From Octopus sinensis (Eukaryota): 64,000 nt of DNA. Each line of letters begins with the position of its first letter. Position 1 is the stretch's first letter. The notes under the pieces were generated by a model. That model saw only the letters and a program-made list of their open reading frames with translations, ran no database searches and was not told the origin of the DNA. Positions 49,994 through 63,396 of the stretch are shown here, one piece after another. The DNA is taken from the NCBI RefSeq assembly GCF_006345805.1, contig NC_042998.1:53816001-53880000 (forward strand). Direction: 5' to 3'. A program made the translations under genes and the position numbers.

Positions 49994-50589
49994 GTAAGAG
50001 GAAATAAGAACAATGATAAATGGGTGAAGAATTAGGCAAGAAAAAAAATGACCATCCTGAAATATAACATACATATTCATACATATTAACACATGCAAAA
50101 ACACACACAAACACAAAAACATAAATATATAGATGCACTTATATATTTAAAATCTTTAATCATTAATCTATTAATTAAAGAAGACGTAACAAAAAGCAAT
50201 GAAAAGGAAAACAATACAAACCAAGCATACATACAAAAAAAATAACCAAGTAATTCTATTAGAACATTAATTCTTTTCTCCTTCACTTTTATGAGAATAT
50301 CAGGGAATTCTTTCCTTCATGAAGATTTTTAGAAAAACAGTAGATATATCAATAAATCCATTTATCTGACTGATTTATCGAAATAATGTACATCAAGGAA
50401 AATTTTTGAGATATACATTATAAAGTTTCAACTTTTGTAGAGTATAATAATATAATGGTAAATCCAAACAAAAACCAATACAAAAGAATTTTTTTCAAAA
50501 TCAATTTAAAACTGTTTGTAGAATTTTTTTATTCCCTATTTATTTATTTATTTATTCATTTTGTTTTTTTTATCGAATAAACTGAAGCA

Positions 50590-50706
50590 ATTGTCTGAGA
50601 TATATATATATATATGTGTGTGTGTGTGGTGTGTGTGTGTGTGTAAAAAACATATATACAAAAGAAGCACACTCTAAGATGTAGAGCAGTATATATTCCT
50701 TCCCCA

Positions 50707-50737
<31 letters not shown>

Positions 50738-50768
50738 CATACACCCATACACACACACATATTTACAC

Positions 50769-50802
<34 letters not shown>

Positions 50803-51079
50803 ACACATATACATACACATTTATATATGTGTGTCTGTATATTTATACACACACACATATAGATACATATATACACACATTTATACACACATATACATTT
50901 GCAAATATATATGTACATATATATGTCTATTAATAGATGCACAAACATATGTAAATGTGCATATGTACTTCATTGTGGATATGTGTATATATATATATAT
51001 ATATATATCCAAAATTGTATAGTTATGTGTGTCTGAGTACATACATACATACACACATACATACATACATACATACACA

Positions 51080-51113
<34 letters not shown>

Positions 51114-51115
51114 GG
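50590..51115. repeat. Compound (AT)/(AC)/(GT)/(ACAT) microsatellite field
   Basis: Direct inspection. Confidence 0.95.
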
Positions 51116-51488
51116 ATACATTGCTTACAACTGTAGTCTGCTTCAGGGTTAATGAACAAATGATGTACAAAAACATTATGACTACAAACCCAATTTTCAT
51201 TTATATTTCATTTGTCTTCTCAGAATTGATTTCCATTTTATTTTTTTTAAAAGATAAAGGATAAATTATGGCATATGTTATGTAAGCTATTAGACACTTT
51301 CATATTGGTTTTCTACTTTGGAACAGACATGGCTGTGTAGTTAAGAAGTTCACTTCCCAGCCATGTGGTTTGGGGTTCAGTCCCACTGTGTAGCACCTTG
51401 GGTTGACCAAAGCCATGTGAGTAGACTGAGTTTCATGCATGAGGTTTAACAAACTCAAACATGCAGAATTATTTAGTTATTCATTTAT

Positions 51489-51786
51489 TGTGAGGAAGAG
51501 GTGAACCAGCAATAAAGGGTCAGTGATGTCAATGGCTGAGGGTCTGTACTGAAAGAGCAGGAGTGAGGGAGGCCACGTGGGTGGAAGTACAATGAGCATG
51601 GGCCTCTTTGCTTTGGGGCAGTCATGGCAGAGAGACACATGTGGATATACAAGCTAGAGAAGGAATTTGCTGTTACATTCTGGTGATATGTTAGGTGGCT
51701 AGGTCACCTTTCATATGTAACCCAATGGGATATTAGAAGCTGAAAGAGAACCTGAGAGGTAGGCAAATCACACTGCGTTCCTCATA
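51489..51786. mobile_element. Old solo LTR, 298 bp
   Basis: TGTGAGGAA...TTCCTCATA termini (one mismatch from ..CACA), 4-bp TSD TTAT, GC-richer than the flanks. Confidence 0.55.
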
Positions 51787-52711
51787 TTATATTTAATTAT
51801 TAAATGCAGTTTGACTTAACTTCACATTACTTAAAGTCTCATGGACACAGGACATGTTGACTCCTTTACATTTTCTTCAAGATGGTGCCCCAGCATGGCC
51901 ACAGTCTAATGACTGAAACAAGTAAAAGATTAAAGATTTACAGACAAAAGTGGCTTATGTTCAGTCTGTCAATCCAATTACTTGGCATCCCCAATGAAAT
52001 GTGATAAATTATCTAAAATTTAGAATGGTTTCTATGTATTCAGAACCCTGTTGATTTTTTTAATTAATTTTTTGCTATCATAGTAGCCATAATGTTTTTT
52101 TCTTTAGTCCATGTTAACATTACTTTTTTGACATTAGTGACATTTCTTTACATATAGTAGATAAACTCAATGATGGTAATGTCATTCAATAGGGTGTAGT
52201 ATTTTAGCAACAATTACCACATGGGGTGTAACTGATTTGGCAGTGTCCAGTCCCAATGAGTTTGTTTGACCAATATGAGTAGGTCCTCTAAAGCAGCAAG
52301 CTGGCAGAATCATTAGCATGCCAGGCAAAATGCTTAGTGGCATTTTGTCCATCTTTACACACCAGGTTCAAATACCCCTGGGATCAACTTTGCTTTCATC
52401 CTTTTGGACTCGATGAAATAAGTACCAGTTGAGCACTGGAGTCAATTTAATTGACTAGCCCCTTCCTTATGCCAACCCTCTCAGTTGCTTCTTATGTCGT
52501 ACAGGGATATGTTGCCTCCATTCCAAAACATGTGACACAATGAGATTAATGTTCTTTTTTTTTTTAATAGAGGTATAGGGCTAGAAATTTTTAGTGAGGC
52601 TATAGTCAACTAATTTGACTCCAGTACTAGAGTGGCACTTTATTTTATTAACCTTAGAAGGAGAAAAGGAGAAGTTTATTCAGGCAGGATTTGATCTCAT
52701 AACTGTAGAGT

Positions 52712-52950
52712 ATATTTATTTCTTTATTGCCCACAGGGGGCTAAACATAGAGGGGACAAACAAGGACAGACAAAGGGTTTAAGTCGATTATATTGACCCA
52801 GTGCATAACAGATACTTATTTAATCAACCCCGAAAGAATGAAAGGCAAGACTGACCTTGGCGGAATTTGAACTCGGAACATTACGGCAAATTAAATACCA
52901 CTAAGCATTTTACCCGGCATGCTAATGATTCTACCAATTTGCCATCCTAA
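52712..52950 (-). mobile_element. SINE-A monomer
   Basis: Family body and head. Confidence 0.85.
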
Positions 52951-53939
52951 CTGTAGAGTATATTACTAATCATTTCTTTTATACACATAAGGCTACATAT
53001 TTTGTGGCCAAGATCTTTTCATTAAATTAGCTCTGGTAATTGAATTGTACAAAACAGTAAGTTAGTAGAATTGTTGCTTGTAACTCCTTATCTGACTTTC
53101 AGCTAAGAGGTTTCTTATTCCACATGACATTTTAGGTGAAATCCAACCTTCAATGGGAGGAAGGCCAATAACAACACCATTTAAATGTTATTTTCAAATA
53201 AGCGAAAAAGAAGAAAAGTTCTATATCATGTCACAAATACATAATCATGTTATGCATGGAATTTCAGATGGTTTCTTCTCAACTTAACTATAAGAGTTTA
53301 CCTGGTCTCCTTTTCATAACCACAAGATATGAGTAATCAAATAATCTTTCTACAAAAATCATTAACAATGTAATGATTTAGCAGTTATTTTCCATTCACT
53401 TTATAATCCACCTATTAGTTGGATGACAAGATTGGTAGAGCAATAGTGGAAAATATCATGTATTTAGTACATATTCTGTGTTCAAATCTTGCTTAGGCTA
53501 TTGTTTTTCTTTATGTCCTTCAGTCAAGGTTGATAAAATAGATACCAGTTACTGTTCACTTTGGTTTTCCCCTCTGTCAGCTCTGACTGAGTAAATTTAT
53601 AATGAAAGGTATTACAGTAATTCATTTTAAAATAAAATAGACCTGGGACTACATCATCAACTGTGTTCCATTTTTAAGCTAGTGGGTGTGTGATATAAGA
53701 GAAATTTGACTGATACTTCTAGAAAGTCATTGGACCCTTTAAAGTTTCATCTCCTCTGAAGAAAATTTAAAGTAATACATGTCAGATGCTGAGTTACTAC
53801 AATTAACTATATCCGTCTCACTAAACATATAGCCTTATGCCTATAGAGAAATTAACATTACCTTTTACATCAACAGGTACAATAAAACAACCCTTGATTT
53901 CACCTCTTCTCAGAGTTTTCTTCAGTAACCCTGTATGTA

Positions 53940-54440
53940 TTAGGTTGTTCTGAAAATAATGGTCACTCTAAGTGTTGTGTTTTGAAATGCAATTTTATCA
54001 TAGTATTTTAATTATATTTTTGGTAAATTTCGACATACTTAATAATTGATGTATGTTCTTTAATAATCTTCTTCTTATTTCAGACAGAAAATATTCTTGA
54101 AGCATAAGCGCCCTTATTTATGAACATGACAAAAAGGACCTTTGCTTACTTTTCTTGCACGAGTTCAAGCTTGGGCACAATGACTCCCAAACTGCTGCCA
54201 TATCAACAGAGCATGGGGAGAGGGTCCACAAGGGATCACACAGTACGACGGTGGTTTCAGGAATTCCGTAGTGATGATGAAAGCCTTAAAGATGAAGAAA
54301 GTAGAGGACGGTCATGCAGTCTTGACAATGAACAATTGAAAGTAATTGTTGAAGAAAACCCATGTCTAAGTGTCAGAGAAATGCCTCAGACACTTGGTGT
54401 CAGTATTGAAATGGTCTCACACAATCTGCAGAAGATTTCC
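53940..54440 (+). mobile_element. Mariner transposon 5' fragment (TIR plus HTH region, frameshifted)
   Basis: TA+TTAGGTTG TIR like Hsmar1; LLFLHEFKLGH and TVRRWFQEFRSDDESLKDEESRGRSCSLDNEQLK. Confidence 0.9.
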
Positions 54441-54675
54441 CAAAGAGCAAGACATTTTCACATTGCTCCAGTTCATTCAGTTAGCAAAAAGGAGTTGTAC
54501 TTGTAATTCAATGAGCCAGCCTTGTCACATTCTGTGTCATGCTGAATCTCCCTGACAACTGCATTAAGGGTACACATATCTGTGGAGTACTCAGCTACTT
54601 ACCCCTTAATTTCATGAGCAGGCTGTTCCATTGAGCAAATCAACTAGCATGCTCATCATTGTAACCGATCAAGCA
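54440..54675 (+). mobile_element. SINE-C-type tail
   Basis: Homologous to 5640-5850. Confidence 0.7.
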
Positions 54676-54981
54676 CACACGCATGTGTGCACAGTACTTT
54701 GTGCAATTGTTTAAATAAAGTGTTAAACAATTATAGGCAAATCAATGGCTCCAGTTTTCTCTATTTACAATTTGTAGAGTCTATAAACAGATTGTTGACT
54801 GCTAATTTCTCTAGGATTGGTCAGAATGATACAGACAGTTCTAATGAGAACTCAATAAGGTTCGAAAATCAATTAAAGTTGTTCATTTTTTTTTCAGTCT
54901 ACAGAGAAACACTTAAATTTGCCCTTTATCTACTATTTAAGTTGTACATATATATATGTGTGTGTGTGTGTATGTACACTC

Positions 54982-55044
<63 letters not shown>

Positions 55045-55048
<4 letters not shown>

Positions 55049-56035
55049 TCATCATCATTATTATTTAACATCTATTGTCCATGCTGGCATGTGTTGGCTG
55101 GCTTGACCAAGCCTGGTAAGCTGAGGGGCTGCACCAGACTCCAGTCTGATTTGGCATGGCTTCTTATTTCTTTATTGCCCACAAGGGGCTAAACATAGAG
55201 GGGACAAACAAGGACAGACGAAGGGATTAAGTCGATTATATTGACCCTAGTGTGTAACTGATAATTAATTTATCAACCCTAGTGCATAACTGGTAATTAA
55301 TTTATCGACACTGAAAGGATGAAAGACAAAGTCGACCTCAGCGGAATTTGAACTCAGAATGTAATGGCAGACGAAATACCTATTTCTTTACTACCCACAA
55401 GGGGATAAACACAGAGAGGACAAATAAGGATAGACAAACGGATTAAGTTGATTATATCAACCCCAGTGCATTACTGGTACTTATTTAATCGACCCCGAAA
55501 GGATGAAAGGTAAAGTCGACCTCGGCAGAATTTGAACTCAGAATGTAGCGGCAGACAAAAAAACGCTGAGCATTTCGCCCAGAGTGCTAACAATTCTGCC
55601 AGCTCACCACCTTACTGATTTGGCATGGTTTCTACAGCTGAATGCCCTTCCTAATCCCAACCACTCCAAGTGTGTAATGGGCACTTTTACATGCCACCAG
55701 CATCTGTCACAACTATGATTTCACTTGGCTTGTTGGGTCTCCTCCTATTTGAGCACGACATGTTGCTTAAGATCTCAGTCATATGTCAATGCCTCCATGG
55801 GCCCAACACTCGAAAGGTGCTTTTTATGTACCACTGGCATGGTTGCTAGTTATGCAACACCAGTATTGGCTACACAGCCTCCATGAGGCCCTACACTTGA
55901 AAGGGTTTTTTATGTGCCACTGACCAGTTACGTGACACCAGCATTGGCCACAACTATGATTTCACTTATCTTGACAGGTCTTCTCAAGTAATGCATATCA
56001 CCAAAGGTCTCAGTCACTAGTCATTGCCTCCATGA
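55045..56035 (-). mobile_element. RTE-like 3' ends (duplicated) interrupted by a SINE-A dimer
   Basis: CACAACTATGATTTCACTT occurs twice; tail is split with TSD CTGATTTGGCATGG. Confidence 0.7.
55160..55614 (-). mobile_element. SINE-A dimer with a 14-bp TSD
   Basis: TSD at 55146-59 and 55615-28; junction GAAATACC|TATTTCTTTAC at 55380/55381. Confidence 0.9.
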
Positions 56036-56734
56036 GGAAATGATGAATGACATGCACGCGCGTGTGTGTGTTTGAGTGTATGTGCGCATATTCATATATA
56101 CATACATGTATGAATTTTTATTGATTTTTATGCTTTGAATTTAATCATTAGGAACAGAAACAAATGAAGAAAATATCTATGAGAAACCATCATTCTTGTC
56201 TGGTAACATTTCCAGAAATAGAAAGTGCCAAGTAGCATTAGAAAAATTATAAGATTTTTTTCAATTTTTGTGTCTCTAAACAAAGGCAAACTTAATTTCT
56301 CTGAGACCAAAACGAAATTGGAAACTAAGACTTTTGGTATTTTTTATTCCTTCATTCAAGTTTATTGGCATTTTACTCTCTTTATTATTATTATTATTAT
56401 TATTATTATATTATGGTCTATAAAACAGGGTTAATGTTTTAGCTAATGTTGTTGTTGTTGTTTAGATGGCCTTATTGTGTTTAATGTTTTTCCACTGTAG
56501 ATGTTTCATGAGAGATTGCTTATCTTCTTTTGGAGCCATTTTTCCCCCCATCTAACTTTTATATCTGGTTGATGTGTTGTAACTAATCTCTAATGGAAAT
56601 AAGAAACCAAATGAACATGAAAGATGGAGAAAAAATATTTGAAAAAGAAAAATAGAAACGACAGTAAGAGAGGAAGGAGGAGAAAGAAAAGAGGAAGAGA
56701 GAAAGAAAGAATGGGACTAATTGGATATGTATAT

Positions 56735-56896
56735 ACAACCAACAGGTGTGGCCACATGGTAAGAAGCTTGCTTCCCAACCACATTGTTCCAGGTTCAGTC
56801 CTACAGTGTGGCACCTTGGGCAAGTGTCTTCTAATGTAACCTCAGACCAACAAAAGACTTGTGAGTGGATCTGGTAGACGCAAACTGAAAGAAGCT

Positions 56897-56953
<57 letters not shown>

Positions 56954-57195
56954 GTGTGTGTGTGTGTGTGTATATGAATGTATATGAATATATGTATGTA
57001 TATGTATATATATACATATATATATGTGTGTGTGCGTATCTTTGTGTCTATGTTTGTCCCCCACTATTGCTTGACAACTGGTGTGGGTGTGTTTATGTTC
57101 CCGTAACTTAGTTTTTTGGCAAAAGAGACTGATAGAATAGGTACTAGACTTGAAAAAAATAAGTTCTGAGGTCAATTCATTCAACTAAAAATTTT
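56735..57195 (+). mobile_element. SINE-B, full length
   Basis: Head, microsatellite and tail. Confidence 0.85.
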
Positions 57196-57929
57196 CTCCA
57201 AGCAACTAAAAATTTCTCCATTCAACTAAAAATTTCTGTGTGCTGAATAAGCTACAAGCTATTAATAATTTTTGGTCAAGTATGCACCATATTTAAATGC
57301 ATATGATTGGTCTATCATTCTAGACTGTTTAGATATTTTATTTTGAGCATTTGGCCAAATAGATAAGGTGAAACAAAATGGAAGCCAATAGAAAGCACTG
57401 TATAATAAACAAAATGATGATGAGGCTTATCTTTGTAATCTCATTGAATTATTTGATTTCTAGACTATTTTTTCCCATACCAATAAATGAGAGTAAAAAT
57501 TTACACATTATCACATGGTGATACTTTTGATATTCTTATCATTTCTTCACTGATGACAATGACGTCTGATTTGTTTATGTGCAATTTGCTGTTTTGCTGA
57601 TGTCCATGTACCAAGTACAATGAAGTCTGATTTGCTGATGAGGTTAAAATAAGACTAGATCAGTTGCTTCCCATAGTTATTTTTTTAAATTCTTTTATTT
57701 GTTTCAAGAATTTGACTGGACTGCAGCCATGCTGGAGCACTGCCTTGAAGGGTTTTATTTGAACAAATCGGTCCCAGAACTTAATTTTAAAGCCTAGTAT
57801 TTATTCTATTGGTCTCTTTTGCTGAACTACTAAGTGACAGGGACTTAAATACACCAACACCAATTGTCAAGCAGTGATAGTGGGGGGAGGGGGGAGACAC
57901 AAACACAGACACACACATACATATATAAG

Positions 57930-58310
57930 AAACAAGTTTAAAATAATTATCATTACATATTTTTCCTTTATTGGAGCAAGTTAGGCTTACAGCTGTTTCC
58001 AGCAGTCATTATAGGTACATTACTGATAAATTTACTCAGTTGGTTTATTGATCAACTGAGAAAAATTGAACGACCCAAGAAAATTAATGCTACTTTCATC
58101 AGAGCCATTTGTGGTTATAACAAGCAAAGCACTGCTAGCCACTAAACCTTTTTTATTTTCTCTTTCTGCTTATTTTTATGTTCCTTTCTGTTGAAGAGTG
58201 TAGGCTCGAAACATAAAAGACTTTCTCACTTCCCAAGCATTAAACTAATACATCTGTTTGTTATTTACAGACCTGTCTTCGTCTTTTGTTTTGTTTTTTT
58301 GTAAATTTTT
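57930..58310 (+). mobile_element. Probable Penelope-like element 3' end nested in the SINE microsatellite
   Basis: Carries a hammerhead-like motif and ends in (AT)n; class assignment is inferred from the motif. Confidence 0.45.
58184..58219 (+). ncRNA. Type I minimal hammerhead-ribozyme-like motif
   Basis: CTTT-CTGTTGA-A-GAGT-gtag-GCTC-GAAA-CATA-AAAG: stem I CTTT/AAAG, stem II GAGT/GCTC. Confidence 0.55.
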
Positions 58311-59529
58311 TGTATATATATATATATACAACAGGCTTCTTTCAGTTTCTGCCTACCAAACCTATTCACAAGGCTTTGGTTGTCCCAAGGCAATAGTAGA
58401 AGACACCTGCCCAAGGTACCACACAGTTGAACTGAACCCAGAACCATGAGGTATAGAAGCAAGCTTCTCACCCCACAGTCACGCCTGCTGACAATGTGAA
58501 AATAATAATAACTTGCTAAAATAATAATACTTAAAAGGTCATTGTTTATTCACTTTCCACATATGAATTTCTAATTTTCTTCTTAATGCTCTCACCATTA
58601 AATATATCAACACTAACTCACTTCAGAGTGAATATAGTTAACCGAGAAAAATGTTTTCAGTGGAATATTTGATGTAATGATGTAGGCTGGATATTTTGCC
58701 CTGCAGCTCTGAAATTTGAAACAATGCTAATATGAAGTACGTAAATAGACTTTAAAGAGTAAAATTTTCTTGCTCTTCTCATTCTCATTTTCAAAATATA
58801 TTCCTAGACAAAAAATATTTATTACAGTCTCATATATTTTATAATGTAGTCTTATCTTTCCAGCTCATAGTGATTATGGTAACAGTTCTGTCTGAACTGA
58901 GAAACCTAAATACATATATAAATAGATATTTATGAGCATGTATAAATATATATATATACTATAGGATATAGTATATATTGTAATTATTATACAGATATGC
59001 ATTATATATCATAACATATTATATATACCTGTATGTGTATTGTATACATGTACTAAACATATGTGTGTCATATGCCAATGTCATCATTTTAATGTCTTTT
59101 TTCCCTCCATGCATGAACCAGACGAGACACCATTAAGTCAGAATTTTTTTATGGCTATTTGCCCTACCTGATGCTATTCCTCACCTGTTTCCAAGCAAGG
59201 TAATAATTCCTCCTGTCTATTCAACAGCAAATAGTCCAGACATACTCTTGCAGTAGACTGCAACAAACAACATTATTTGTATAAATAGTATGCTTTGTCT
59301 ACAACCAGCATGCACATTACCTCTCTCCTTCTCCCTCTCTCTTTCTCGCCCCTTCTCTCTGTTTATGTCTCTGCATATGTATATATTGTCATCATCATCT
59401 ACTATAGATCTGCTTTAGCATAAAACATCTCTTCCTCAAAGCTAGTCAAACTGTACAAGAGTAGAAATAGAATATGAGGTTATCAGTCTAATAATACTAA
59501 TTACAACTATATGAGCTCTATTGAATGAC

Positions 59530-59935
59530 TCCTAACTCTCACTGTCTTGAAAATAACAAATAACAGTATATATATCAATATATTATAGTATATATCAGTA
59601 TATTGTTATAATTCACACTCCTATTAATGTGTAAATCAGCCTAACTGCTCACTACTTTAAAATCTATGACAATGAACACATATACTGTTACAGTAACCTG
59701 ACAGAAGAAATGCAATGATGCAGTCCTCTTACCCATAGCAACTTGAAGAAAACAATGACTATGTTGAAGAGACTTCCAAGAGCTACACCATATATGGATA
59801 ATAACAGATCATGTACCTTGTGCATGGAAGAACTAATACTAAGCATCATTGCTAAAATAGCACCCCCAAACCAATAGGAAATCTGAGAAAGGGCCTACAT
59901 AGTGATACAAAATATATTTAAAACATATTTGAACT
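59530..59935 (+). pseudogene. Highly decayed Penelope-like GIY-YIG endonuclease C-terminal region
   Basis: Across frames: *ISLTAHYFK, *QLEENNDY, RATPYMDNNRSCTLCMEEL, NRKSE; resembles YIGLT...WQLK...PY...RCNLC.TEK...NKRSE. Confidence 0.55.
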
Positions 59936-60679
59936 ACAAACCCATTTCAGATCTTGGTAGATAGTAATGTGAACATGGTACCAATGATCTGCAGCTTGTA
60001 CTAAGAAGGCCTTAATTTTTTTATGAACAAAAACTGATGTATTAGAAAGGTGAATACTATCTTTAGGAGATGGAATAGATGGCCAAGACAAATGATGTCA
60101 ATTGATACTAAGACAGGTAAAACAAAACAACACATCTAAACTGAAAATGTTACAAATTGTCTCAACTCACAATTGTAGACAATAAAGATTGGACTAATAT
60201 GCTTGATGAATTGGATTCTATGAACACATACAGTTGTACAAGGTAAAAGACAAGCAAAGGATAGTCACAAAGGATGATGCTAAATTATATTCAACAAAAG
60301 AAAAGCAATCAAAATGTTTGCACAATCAAACTGTGAAATAAATCTTAAGTTTTCTGAATATTCAGAATTCTATTTTAAACAATGCTTCAAAATAATGAAA
60401 TTATCTGTACATTTAGAAACCTTGTTCAAGATATTTGAGAACTAAATAGGACACTCACTAATAACCTTAAGAAAAAGTATATTACACAAAGAGTAAATAT
60501 GATCCACCAGTTTCAGACCGATGTCTTTAAGTGAACACATAGATACACATGTTGTAAATTACCAACTGAAAATTTATTTCTCTTATATCAATATCGTTAT
60601 GGAATAATTAAACAACAGCAGATCAATAAGCTGTCTACACTCATTCAAAAAATATTGGCATTTCATTTATAGCTGTTTA

Positions 60680-60800
60680 TTACTATTATTATTATTATTA
60701 TTATCATTATTATTATTATTATCATTATTATCATTATTATTATTATTATCATTATTATTATTATATTATTATTATTATTATTATTATCATTATTATTATT
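60680..60800. repeat. (ATT)n microsatellite
   Basis: Direct inspection. Confidence 0.95.
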
Positions 60801-61214
60801 AAATAAAAAAAACATCAATATTCCACTTAGTACCACTCCTGTTACTATTAATGACATTCATTTATTACCTGCTTTCTTATTATCAACATCTACTTATGAA
60901 ATTCTGAAATTATGAAAGAACAACAGCATCATCAATATCAGCTGCTTACGAAGTAATAAAATTACAGCATCATTTATTACAAAGTCATGACATCTTAAAA
61001 AAAAATGTAATCAGTCGATTACATTATTATTCCACTTCTGCCATAAAGTTTTATCATAAAGATTTCTGCACATTTTCTTCTCTATTTCATTCATTCATTT
61101 ATTCATTCACTCACTTGCTCATACACACACATACATGCACACACACACAAGTGTGTGCATGTGTGTGAGTACGTGTGTGTGTGTACATATGTGTGCATAG
61201 CCAACACTTGGAGT

Positions 61215-61460
61215 ATCAAAGAATTGCCTCATAAAGTCTGTTGAAGACTCCTTGGAAGAAAAACAACATTAACTCTTCAAGAGTGAAGAATATTGCTAAT
61301 AGCCATTCATTTAGTGGTTCCAATGTTGGAGAAGACTGCAAATACGGATGGAAAATTTGCTTAGCACTATCAAGAGAAGCAAAAAAGGAAGATGTATGCA
61401 GTGTTATATCTCGTCTCCCAAAGCTGAGATTTGTATATTCCATCTGTGACTAAAGTTGTA
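61215..61460 (+). pseudogene. Possible piggyBac transposase Cys-rich C-terminus relic
   Basis: KRSKKGRCMQCYISSPKAEIC; weak similarity only. Confidence 0.25.
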
Positions 61461-62057
61461 CATTAAGTGTTGGTATTTACAATTATCAAAAGATCCACAA
61501 GTGAAGAGAAAAGTGTATAACTGTTTGTAAATTTGTGTGTAATTATGAACGTAAATTTGTAACGTATATGTAGAGAGGGAGGTCAAAGTACATTATATTC
61601 AAGACAGCTTGAATATCTCTGCAGGTGCACGAAGTCAATAATTAATACAAGCTGGTTGTTTTCAATCACACTACTACATTATGGTAGTAGGACTTCTGTC
61701 AAAATTAAGATTCAGAAGAAGATGTGGTTTATCTTTTCTAAATTTTCTTTGTGTAGGTCTAACAATTTTAAAGTTGATATATGTTCAAGATCCTAATCTC
61801 AAACAGGTTAATTACTTTGAAATACTGCAATTATTAAAATATTTAAACAAGACTAACAGGCAATTTTCATGAAGAAGAATACCATTAATATAGTCAAATA
61901 TATTAGTTGCCGTTGTATTTTTTCATTAACCTCATTGTGTGAAATGCTAATTTTATCTTGGTATTTTTAACTCGGAACTCTGTACATAATTTTGTGAGAT
62001 ACAAACCACAAGGGTGTAGCTGTGTAGTTGCAAGACCACCTAAAAATAGCTACTTCT

Positions 62058-62551
62058 TATTTCTTTACTGCCCACAAGGGGCTACACACAGAGGGGAAAG
62101 CAATCACAAACAGATTAAGTCGATTATATCGACCCCAGTGCATAACTGATACTTATTTAATCGACCACGAAAGGATGAAAGGCAAAGTCGACCTCAGTGG
62201 AATTTGAACTCAGAACATAGCAGCAGACGAAATACCATTAAGCATTTCGCCCGGCGTGCTAATGATTCTGCCAGCTCGCCGACCTATTTTTTTTTCGCTC
62301 AGCGTGCTAACATTTCTTTTATCTTTATTGCCCACAAGGGGCTAAACATAGAGGGGACAAACAAGGACTGACAAATGGATTAAGTCGATTACATCGACCC
62401 CAGTGTGTAACTGGTACTTAATTTATCGACCCCGAAAAGATGAAAGGCAAAGTTGACTTCAGCGGAATTTGAACTCAGAACGTAGTGGCAGACAAAATAC
62501 CGCTAAGCATTTCACCCGGCATGCTAACGTTTTTGCCAGGTCGCTGCCTTG
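62058..62551 (-). mobile_element. Two head-bearing SINE-A copies within one 9-bp TSD
   Basis: GCTACTTCT at 62049-57 and 62552-60. Confidence 0.85.
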
Positions 62552-63375
62552 GCTACTTCTGTCTCTCTCAGAACAAATTCTACTGTCTTAAACAAGGAAT
62601 GACAAACACCACCTACAAAATCCAGTGGGACTTATCAATTGCTTTTGATTATAGATTAGTGCAATCAAGGTTGGCCAGAAGTTACAGAATGGCAATAACA
62701 TCTAACAACTATAAATCATTTTGACTGGCTTTCACTGCTACTATTTAGCAGTGATTTCTTAATTAGACAGAAGATCATATATGTGGGGAAGAGAACAGTT
62801 GATTAGATCAATTTTGGAACTTGACTTACCCATTCAGTACATCATTTATCAACCCTGGAATGATGAAAGAGAGAGACTAAATCAATGTAAAGAGCAATAA
62901 CTAAATGCAATGTTTACTTATGGTTCTTTATGTTCTATGTATTATTTTGACCACAAGAACCTATCCAAGCAGTCATACATCAAAATGTATACATAGACTA
63001 CAAAGATGTATAGGGATGGATAAGACAAAATTATATAAAATGAGGGAATTATTAACATCATTAGACAATCTGTACATAAAAAAATTGATAATAAATGAAA
63101 AAACTCAAAAAAGATATATTTGCTAAAAGCATAACACAAATTAGGTAACCCATCCAAAGATAGGTGAAAGCCCACCAGCTGGGTCAAGTCAAAGTACTCT
63201 GCTCACTTGCCACTCATCATAAGTACACCTATGCAATTCTTGGTCTAGTTGGCCTTCAAAGGGTCCAAATTCATAGAGGAAAAATCCTTTATTGTTTGTA
63301 AACGTCTAATATGGTCTTTAACAAAATTCTGTCTTCTGAATGCTCTTTTTCCTCACACCTCCAAATCACACTCAG

Positions 63376-63396
63376 TGCTACAAAGGTGACAAAGAG
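63376..63396 (+). other. Candidate 21-nt microexon
   Basis: Pyrimidine tract, CTCAG|TGCTACAAAGGTGACAAAGAG|GTGAGT. Confidence 0.25.

Larger units (their letters stand above)
57690..58490 (-). mobile_element. SINE-B interrupted at its microsatellite
   Basis: Tail at 57690-57925, head at 58325-58490. Confidence 0.7.

Noticed and set aside
50556-51200. Cluster of overlapping YI/VC/TH-rich ORFs
   Set aside because: Dinucleotide microsatellite translations
57550-57600. C/D-box snoRNA candidate (TGATGA...CTGA)
   Set aside because: Imperfect C box, no terminal stem, and no recognisable rRNA antisense element
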